Below are positions 54,886-64,000 of a stretch of 64,000 nt of DNA, piece by piece; position 1 is the first letter of the stretch; every line of letters begins with the position of its first letter. The notes beneath the pieces are model-generated. The model was not told where the DNA came from and did no database searches. It worked only from the letters and a program-made list of their open reading frames with translations. The position numbers were made by a program, and so were the translations under genes. This DNA is from Octopus vulgaris (lineage: Eukaryota): the NCBI GenBank assembly GCA_951406725.2, contig OX597815.1, positions 213,404,001 to 213,468,000 of the forward strand, read 5' to 3'.

Positions 54886-57338
54886 TAAAGGAAGGTATAT
54901 GAAGATTTGGTAGAGATGTTATATTAATAAAAGGAAGGTCATACCATATAGAGGGGGATGGTTGAACATTATATGAATATCCAAGTAGTTTAAGATAATT
55001 AATGTGGAGAGTATTATAGAATAGAAATCTGATACAATAGATAGGAAAAATGTAGAGAGAGGTATCACACAAAAAACTTAATTATAAGGAGAAGAAATAA
55101 TATAAAAAGAGTTAAGGTGGTGGTGGGGGGAAGATTATTTAAGATTAATAAAAAGGAATTTTGACATATGTCTGCAACAAAAATCTTTTCATCTCTCGAA
55201 TTAACAAGAATCCCGTTCATTTTCATTATTTTATAACTTTCTTCGAGGCATAATTTGCAGATCTTGTTATTACGTCTATAAGATGGGGCTGAAGAATGTA
55301 TTTTTCCAAGAAAACGTGTAAACTATATTGCTTTCTTTAAGTTACCAAACCCTTTTGGATATACCTGTGCTATTTTCTTTTCTAGGGTCATTAAAGAATG
55401 ATTTATGATTATTTAATCTTAATTTGAAAGAATTTTGCGTATATCCGATGTAAGTTTAGAGGAATTATGGGTAATAATTGTTGCTTGGTATACTAAATCT
55501 TTCATTTTACAGTTTCCATCTACTTCACAAGTACTTGGGTTTCTACAATTACAATTAGAATTATTAGTTGGTATTCTATTGTTATGTCTATATGTTTTGA
55601 GGGTAATTGAGTTTTGGTTATTCTGATAATTGTAGTTATTAGATATGGAATTATTGGGGTTACTAGGTATATCAGAAGGAGTTTTTTTTAATAATAGAAT
55701 TGGTCTAGTTTGTTATTGTTAAATGAAGAGATGATCCTAAATAGGTTTGGAGATACTGAAAATCCAAATCTGATCATTTTGTTATTACATATTTTTGCAT
55801 ATTTAAAGTTTTTAAAGTTTTTTTAATAATACTTCTAATGGATTTAATAAAATTAGATTTTAGATGTTTTGCAAACGGAACTATGATCCAAATGATGTTA
55901 TTGTTGTTTTCTTTATTATCGTAATGGTTTATATTTTGTGAGTCATCTATTCTTACATATGGTATAGGTTTCTTTTTTCTATATTATTCCTAAATTTATT
56001 AATATGATTTTTGCGATTATATATATTATTAGGATTAAATGTAGTGGGATAAGTTTGACTTTTTAAGTGTGTTGGTTTAATGTTCTTATTTCTATCTATA
56101 ATTAATTGTTTTGTGTATTTATTGTCCGTATACTTGGGTTTAATTACATTATTAACAGTGTAGTTGGGGATTTGTGACTCGGTAAAATTTATGTTATTTG
56201 TTCTTTTAGTGAAGTTATGGTTGTGGTGTTGATAGTGTTTATTAATAATAAACACAATGTTGATTGTGTCTATTGCTAATGTATTGCTGATGATTATTAT
56301 TCAGAGAATTTAATTGTTTGTCGGGGTTTTCTAATCCACCAGTTGATTTAGGTTCATTAATATGGTTGGTGTTGTTCTTATCTAGATAATTATTGGAATA
56401 ATTAGAATAGGTGCTATTGTTTTTGTTGTACTTAATTCGATATTTGTATCCTGCCTTCTTAAGTGCTAGATTATAGTAGTGTTTATGTTTGTTAAAAATT
56501 TCTTCATTGGATGATAAGTTAATTCTACTTTCTATGTTAGAGGTTAGATTTTTTTATAATATTATAAGGATGGTTACTTTGTACATGTATGTATGCGATG
56601 TTATTGTTAGGTTTATGGTAAGGTCGATAATATGAGGTATCAAGGTTAAACTTAACGTCTAGGAAGTTCACTGAGTTGCTATCTTTTTCAATGGTGATGA
56701 TTAGTCATTGGGTTTTGAAGAAATTATGTAATATTATTTTTGTATAGTGCAAGTTTCCTGTTGGAGGTATTTCTAACTAAGAATACTGCATCGTCGCGGT
56801 AAAGGCCACCTTCCAATTCAGGGAATTCTTCTTTCAGTAAATGTAAAAGACAAATTCCGACTAAGTCGGTCACTTCAGCGGAGTCTTGCGCGTCCATGGG
56901 GATATCGAAACAATCTGGAGTAACCTTCCTAGTCCAATATTTACCTTGATGTGAGATTATAGTTTTTCTAGCTTCAATTATTATTTTGATTTCATTCATT
57001 GATATTTTAGTCCTATTCTTTATAATTAAATTAATTTCTAATTTTTTTACCATGTTATTTACATGCTAATATTATCGTTTGAAGCAATCGTATGCATAGA
57101 TTAAATTCTTTTTAAACTTTTAACATCTTTTCTTCTACATCTTTAATTTTTTGTTGAGTTTCTATGGGATATATGTTCTATAAGTGCTCATAACACACCT
57201 TATACTCGTAGCATTTTCATATTCTAAAAATTCTTACAACAGTAAGCTACCAATGTAATATGAAGAATTCTTTATTAGAAATCGATCTTTGGAACCCTAC
57301 AAAGTAAAGAATGAAATAGAACTCAACCTTTCCCCATA
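54391..57338 (-). mobile_element. Penelope-like retroelement (PLE), 5'-truncated, with inverted pseudo-LTRs
   Basis: RT motifs FDIPMDAQDSAEVTDLVG, GLYRDDA, VNFLDV, SNHP; endonuclease region CNCRNPSTCEVDGNC..LVYQA and CKLCLEE...CRH; inverted repeat 54391-~54578 versus ~57021-57206; (TA)n on both flanks; stops and frameshifts present. Confidence 0.92.
54502..54614 (-). ncRNA. Type I hammerhead ribozyme in the PLE 3' pLTR, extended stem II, U16.1 mutated
   Basis: TGCA-CTGAGGA-GAAC-(78 nt)-GTTC-GAAA-CGATCG-GA-TGCA; the inverted copy near 57085-57095 retains ...ATCG-TA-TGCA. Confidence 0.78.
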
Positions 57339-57362
57339 TGTATATATATATATATATATATA

Positions 57363-57700
57363 TAGTAAACAAACAGGGTGTGTGTTGCACTATATGGCTG
57401 TATCAATGATTGAACAGACAGAACACAACAAGGAGAAAAAGTTAGACGAAAGCAGTGTAAACAGGAAACAAGACGAGAACTTAACAGTCGGGGAATGTAG
57501 ACAAGGACACGATACACGGAATATTCGCAGCTGAATTTGCCTCATCAGTCAATGACCAAGAAATCATCGTGGTTTCGCACTATTATCATTGAGACCACTC
57601 AAAGTTGGTGGTGCCAGTGCTGTTATTAAGCTACTGGGAAAAAAGCCAGCGAATGTATACTGAGAGAAACTTCATTGTCAACAATATTTCTTGAATATTT
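57363..57700 (-). mobile_element. PLE-type terminal fragment with degenerate hammerhead-like motifs
   Basis: 3' end runs into (TA)n; minus-strand CTGATGA-G-GCA...TGC-GAAT (57523-57548) and GCACT...AGTGC-GAAAC (57572-57620). Confidence 0.45.
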
Positions 57701-58367
57701 ATTGTGCGAACTGACTCTAACTCTTCCCACTTCTACTTTTTACTCTATCACTTTCTCTACTCTTACTCTCTCTTTCCACCCTTGCTTACCCCCCATGTAT
57801 CTTTCTCTTCCCTCTCTTTCCCTCTGTTTCTCCACTCCCACTGCTCTTTCCTCCCCTCTCTCTGTATCCCAGTCTTTTCTTCTCTATATACTTCCCCTGC
57901 CTTACCACGTGACCGGTGTCTAGTGAAGGCGGTGTCGTTCTTTTTCGCGCTACCTTTGGCCGGACTGGTCACATTGGTCTGTGATCCTGCTACGTCCTTT
58001 AGGACTTACCCCATCTCACCCTGCGCCACCGTACGTAGTTCGTTCACCCATACACATGTCCACACACACACACACACACACACACATTCCCACTCCGTCT
58101 ACGTACATATACTAACACACACACGCACCCAGTTACTGCCACACACACACACACATACCACTACCACCACACGCTACCATATACACACACGCAATCACAC
58201 CCACCCACGCATACACACATATACCAACCTTTCTTTACACTCTCCTGTGTTAGAAAGCACTTTCTCTTTGTTCATCTACTTCCGGTCATTCCAAAACGTG
58301 ACTCCATGTGAATTGTTGGCGATTTTTTCTTCCGTCTTTCTTTTCTTTTGGACTTTCCTCTGTCTCC

Positions 58368-58404
58368 TGTTTCTGAAGAAGAGCTTTGCTCGAAACGTAA
58401 AACA
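58368..58404 (+). ncRNA. Minimal type I hammerhead ribozyme (PLE type)
   Basis: TGTTT-CTGAAGA-A-GAGC-TTT-GCTC-GAAA-C-GTA-AAACA; stems I and II perfect, stem III reduced to palindromic ACGT. Confidence 0.82.
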
Positions 58405-58501
58405 CCCTTTCTTTCCTTCACTGAGCGTCTGCTAATACTTTGCATGTACCACGCCCTTGCGTTGCTTTATTTTTTTCTCCGTTTTTTATTAACTATGTTT
58501 A

Positions 58502-58540
<39 letters not shown>

Positions 58541-58911
58541 ATTTGTGTTTCTGCGCGCTTTTTTATGTGCATGTACAATACTAGATGCATGATAAAAGTC
58601 TCTGAAAATGAAATTAACTTTCCTGGCTCGGCTACCAACAACTTCTGCTTAGGCATTTTTTTCATCTGCTGACTCCTCGGCTTTACGCATGATTTGATAA
58701 TTTTAAATATAACTATAATACTTAATCCAGGCACATACATACACACACACAGACACATAACAAACATAAATATAAATATATTTTTGGTTTCTTTTGATCA
58801 AATCTATTGTACTTCATTCTATTTGCATTAAGTAACCCAGTCACGTCAAGTATTTTAATTATAATCCTGTATTCTCTTCAAAAGGTGTTGAATAACAAAA
58901 GAATCCACACA

Positions 58912-58953
<42 letters not shown>

Positions 58954-59088
58954 GCAAACAAACAAATTTTATTTACATAGTTTTACATAGATTTCAATTA
59001 CCTTCCAAATTTTTCAATTACATGCAACTCAAATTTCTTTCCAACACATGGTTTTTACTTAATCCTATATTATTCAATTTATCCTTTG

Positions 59089-59170
<82 letters not shown>

Positions 59171-59362
59171 CATGTATGTAAATAAGAACATATATACAGA
59201 GGAGAAGTGAAAACCTCTCGAAACTCTTCTGAAATGTGATCAAATAGTGTAGGGGTTCTGAACCGGGCGCAATATGATCCCTTGGGGGTCCATATAACAT
59301 CTTGCAGAGTTCACACAAATAAAATAATAAGCTGAGTTTGTAGTAGTATTTTGCTTGAGATG

Positions 59363-59931
59363 TATTGGGTTGTCCGGAAAGTTCGTGCCGATTTTTAAAG
59401 GAAAGAAAAGGGTCAATAAATACTTGCCATTGCATTTAAAATCAACCAAATATGAGCCATTTTGTTGCACAATGCGTCTCCATCTTTCCTTTACCTTGAA
59501 AATACCCTCTTCCCAGAATTGAGGTGGTTTCATGGCAAAGAATTCATCAAGGTATCTTTTTACGTCATCCAAGGAATTGAAATTTTTACCATTAAGACTA
59601 TTCTACAGAGACCTGAATAAGTGGAAACCCGATGGAGCAATATCTGGTGAATATGGAGGTGGGGTAACACATCCCAGCTGAGCTGCAGCAATTTTTGTCT
59701 GGTTCCCAAAGCATCAAGTGCCGAAAATGAACTTTCTTATCTTCCATTTTAAAAGGTTACAGAATTAACACAGGTTATAGGAACATAAATCTTCTTCCAC
59801 AAAAAGATAGCTTAAACTGTGCTCTAAATGGAGGTGTAGTCAAATCCTATTTCATGGACTCAACCATGTTCTAAAATAAATCGAAAGGTAAGCTGCCATT
59901 AATCGGCACAAACTTTCCGGACAACCCAATC
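59363..59931 (-). mobile_element. Internally deleted mariner transposon
   Basis: 29-bp TIRs TTGGGTTGTCCGGAAAGTTCGTGCCGATT and AATCGGCACAAACTTTCCGGACAACCCAA; TA on the left; N-terminal MEDKKVHFRHLMLW joined to C-terminal PPYSPDIAPS...ERWRRIVQQNGSY. Confidence 0.93.
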
Positions 59932-61124
59932 TTTATTGCAAGAAACATGTAGGTTTCTTTCCCTGACGTTTTACATAGTTCAGCCGATGCAAGTGAATGT
60001 GTGATGAAAAAATAGGTATTTTGAAAGAATAAAACTAGTTTCTAAACATTGGAATGCTAGGTGGGGCACCAGAATAAAATGGTAATCAAACGAGTCCACG
60101 GACAAGAAATGGCTGAGAACCACTGAAATGGTGGAAACAGCGTTGCTTGTTTGACTGCAGCGAGTTTGGATGTTAAGGGTGATGGATGTGAAATAGGAGC
60201 GGGCGTTGGGGGGTAGGCTTAAAGAAAGCTTCTAACTTTAGTTGTTTGTTAATTATGATCGCTATTTATCCCCACTCTAGGGGCAAACCATGCGTTATGA
60301 TCGCACTGACCCGTCGAAAATGTTGATAGCAAGGGATAATACATGGGTCGGAAGATGTCCCTTTGTAGTAGAGTCGCTGCTATAATCGGTTTTAGCGATT
60401 CCACTTCAGAATCTCTGAAGAAGGAATTTTATTCCGAAATATCATATCAGACTATGGATGACTAAATTACAACAGGTATACTCAGCCCATTGTCTGTATT
60501 ATAGTGCGTTGGTGTACCATTCAAAACGTTTTTATTCTTGGTTGGGAATGTGGTTGGGAATTAAGCTTCTTACCACGCAGCCACGCCTGCGCCTTCAAAT
60601 ATCTTCATAATATCTTTAAGAGAGATTTCCAAGAGCTTTACCCTTTCATTGCAAAATTAAATATTATTACGTTTATGAAGTTTATGCAAGATTCCTGATG
60701 TAAAACCGCGTGTTGGAAACATATATTGTTGTATTTCGGGATGGTCATATTTTCTTTTGTTTTGGAAGAACAGAATGGACTAACTAGAGCAGGCGCTCAC
60801 ACGAGGATGGGAGGTGTTGCTGAAGAGGTCACAGATGTGTGACGAAAGATTTCCGAACAATGGACATGAGTTAAAATAAGAACAGTAATAAACGAGTGAA
60901 GAACGAATATACAGTGCGTGTGTTTATTTGGCAAAAAAACCCCAACAAAACAAAACAAACAAAATACAGTACTAAATACAATATTAAATTTTATTGTTAT
61001 TTCAGTAATGATGTTAATTATCGCTCAAAAAACCAAAACCGATTGGTATTTTCTCCATGTTGCTTTTACTAAACTTATATCTCAAAAGAAAGTAGTTTTA
61101 AGCATGACATTTCGCAACAACAGA

Positions 61125-61186
61125 TAGACTGGTCTATAGACTGGTTTTTAGACTGGTCAATAGACTGGTCTATAGACTGGTCTATA
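61125..61186. repeat. Short tandem repeat (TAGACTGGTCTA-type)
   Basis: About 5 copies. Confidence 0.85.
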
Positions 61187-61613
61187 AAACTGCTTTCGCA
61201 TTGAAAGTGTTAAATTGAAAGACGCTCTTACTTTGTCGCTTGAGATACTAGAAATAGCAGCAAAACCTCTTTTGAATGACAACCTACCATCCCAAAAGAG
61301 GAGGACACATTGGATAATTTTCGCTTAGTGACCCTAAAGTAGAAGATGAGCACATCTGAAACGTCTTTGGTTTTTCTCGATCAGAGTTGGCCTGGACTAT
61401 GGTTAAACAATTATACCATGATTACCAACTGCAACAACGCCCGTCTCTATTTTCTGTTAGCTTTCTTTCAAGGTGATCTTTGTTTATAGCTTACATTTTT
61501 CACTTTATCAACTGCTGTAATTTGCTTGGAGGTCAAGGAAAAAACATTCCTTGGCAGTGTTCAACGTTCAGTTTGTTTTTCATTGAGGATGTTGCATCAT
61601 TGTTATTTCACCC

Positions 61614-61814
61614 ATACATACATACATACATACATACATACATACATACATACATACATACATACATACATACATACATACATGCATACATGCATACATA
61701 CATGCATACATACATACATACATACATACATACATACATACATACATGCATACATGCATACATACATACATACATACATGCATACATGCATACATACATA
61801 CATACATACATAAA

Positions 61815-61846
<32 letters not shown>

Positions 61847-62003
61847 CACATACATACATACATACATACATACATACATACATACATACATACATACATA
61901 CATACATACATGCATACATGCATACATGCATACATACATACATACATACATAAATACATACATACATACATACATACATACATACATACATACATACATA
62001 CAT
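61614..62003. repeat. (CATA)n microsatellite
   Basis: Direct inspection. Confidence 0.97.
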
Positions 62004-62080
62004 GGAGGTGCAATGGCCCAGTGGTTAGGGCAGCAGACTCGCAGTCGTAGTATCGCGGTTTCGATTCCCACTCGTTGTGG
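62003..62080 (+). mobile_element. SINE family C head
   Basis: TGGAGGTGCAATGGCCCAGTGGTTAGGGCAGCAGACTCGC...GGTTTCGATTCC. Confidence 0.75.
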
Positions 62081-62084
62081 GCGA

Positions 62085-62640
62085 AAACACCTAAACATTC
62101 AGTCAACATCATTGTGTTTGGAGTGATCACTAGTTATGGCGATGTTATGCCTCCATTCATCTTCCCACACGACCTCAGACTCAACAGGGAGGCTTACATC
62201 AAGTGTCTGGAGGAGGTAGTGCTGCTCTGGGTCAAGAGGGTGGCTGCTAGAAGACCCTATGTCTGGCAACAGGACTCTGTACCATTCTACACAAGCAGGA
62301 GAACCCAGTCATGGCTATCAGACAATTTCTGTGACCACATCACCTTTAATATCTGGTCACCTAACTCTCCAGACTGCGACCCCCGTGATTATTATGTGTG
62401 GGGCGCAGTTGAGCGAGAAAGATGAACTGAAGGCAAGGATTATGGCCGCATTCACCTACTTAAACAAGGAGACTGTCCAGAGGAGCTGCAGGAGATTCTG
62501 AAGTCGTTTGAGGCGTGGTTGAAGCCAATGGCGATTCTATTGAATAAATTTACTCTTTAATATTTCAAGATATTTTTATGTAATTTTGGTAAATATATCT
62601 GTTAAAATGAAACGTCTGTGTTATTTTCATTTGCCATTGT
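62085..62640 (+). mobile_element. maT-family (DD37D) Tc1/mariner transposase fragment
   Basis: WQQD-x37-D spacing (QQDSVP...SPNSPDCDPRDYYVWG); frameshift or deletion near 62415. Confidence 0.88.
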
Positions 62641-63593
62641 ACGAACCGTGTTGATCTATGCTTAACAAACACATCTTCAACAAAAATTTGTTTCTGTCGA
62701 TTAAGAATATTTATTGGACGAGAGGGAAATGAGAAATGTGACACTCATACTTTTCTTCATTAATATTAGCAGAGTAAGAAAATATGATTTAAAAACAGTA
62801 AATGAAACCAAGTAACGATCTTTGGTTCCGGAAGTTTACTTTTTGTTCAACGGTGTTTGTCCTGTAAATTGATAAAAGGGTTTCGAAAGAACTGATAAAT
62901 GTCTGCTGAAACAAAAGAAGGACACAAAGGAAGTGAAAGAGAAAGAGAGAGAGTGAGAGAGAGAGACTGTAGATACTTAAATCAGTAGATATTTGCACAC
63001 TGCAAATATTGGATGTCAATTTCAATTTTGAAGACAAGTAAAACAATTCCGGTCAATTTCTTTAATAACCACGAAGTTGAGAAAAAGAGGGGACGATACG
63101 AGGACAGATAAAACAAACATTGGGGTCAGGGGATCGAATAAGACGAAACGTATGAATAAACAAACAATTGAAATATAAACAATTAAATGAGAATGAATGA
63201 TTAACAAAAAATGAAGCGGAGGACGCGGTCGACCCCAAAAACCACAGACTCACACCGAAGACTTTGCTTTCTCCTTTTTTAAATTCTCGTTCAAACAGGT
63301 TCTTTCACTCGCAACATACTTGCTATAGAGTCAGTGGTAAAGCAGTAGAATGAGAAAGAGAGAGAGAGAGAGAGAGAGCGAGAGGTGAAAACTTCGTTGT
63401 GGACGGACACTGTCTGTCAGCCTCTCTCTTCAGGCATGTGTTTGTATATGTGTGTGCATGTATGTATATGTTTGTATGTATATGTTTGTATGTATATAAT
63501 TGTGCGCTGGATCTCTCTTGGCATATCAGCAAACCACAAAATCGCACCGGCCAGCAACACCACTACCCCCCTAACCCATCATATATATATGTT

Positions 63594-64000
63594 TTTTTCT
63601 TCTTCTTTATGCCTTTAACCCTCCAACGCGCAGTATAGGCAGTTGAATTCCATGTCGCATAATTTTTGGCTTCTGTACTTATACTCTGCCATGAATGTCC
63701 CCCTTTCTCTAGTTCCTTTTGTGTTGACCTCCGCCACGAGTTCTTAGGCCTACCTCTTTTTCTATATCCAACCGGTTTCCACTGTAAAGCACTTTTCGCT
63801 ACATTTGGTGTGTCTTTTCTAATTGTGCTACCAATCCACTTCCACTTTTTCCTAAATATTTGCTCTCTAATCGAAACTTCATTTCTTCTTTGCCATAGCT
63901 CCATATTGCTTATGTGTTCGGGCCATCTAATTTTAAGTATACTACGCATGCATCTGTTGATGAATGATTGCATTTGATAGTGTAGATAGGGAAGGCTTAT
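63594..64000 (-). mobile_element. 3' end of an RTE-clade LINE
   Basis: SFINRCMRSILKIRWPEHISN..LW...KWKWIG...RKRGRPKNSW, followed by an (AAG)n tail; continues beyond the window. Confidence 0.9.

Noticed and set aside
57704-58435. 243-aa ORF
   Set aside because: Low-complexity CT/CA-rich repeat interior that overlaps the hammerhead; no protein motif

Overview
AT-rich eukaryotic genomic DNA saturated with microsatellites and SINEs. The SINE families and (TATG)n/(CA)n/(TA)n load suggest an octopus or other coleoid cephalopod (inference). Most listed ORFs are microsatellite artefacts. One likely host gene starts on the minus strand: a CCAAT/M-box/CRE promoter near 11.05-11.09 kb and a first coding exon MADNQFSELDDDLT at 10445-10487, making 1-10444 mostly intronic. 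The rest is transposon debris: a Helitron remnant, Tc1 (DD34E), internally deleted mariner, maT (DD37D), RTE and R4/Dong-like LINE fragments, three to four SINE families, and a Penelope-like retroelement (RT plus GIY-YIG-type C-terminus) with inverted pseudo-LTRs. The main discovery is a set of type I hammerhead ribozyme motifs at 34.1, 49.7, 53.6, 54.5, 57.5 and 58.4 kb. They lie in the Penelope element and in several short non-coding elements embedded in (TA)n or other microsatellites. Several have an unusually enlarged, branched stem II plus a palindromic stem III (dimer type). All folds were derived by eye and need computational and biochemical confirmation.
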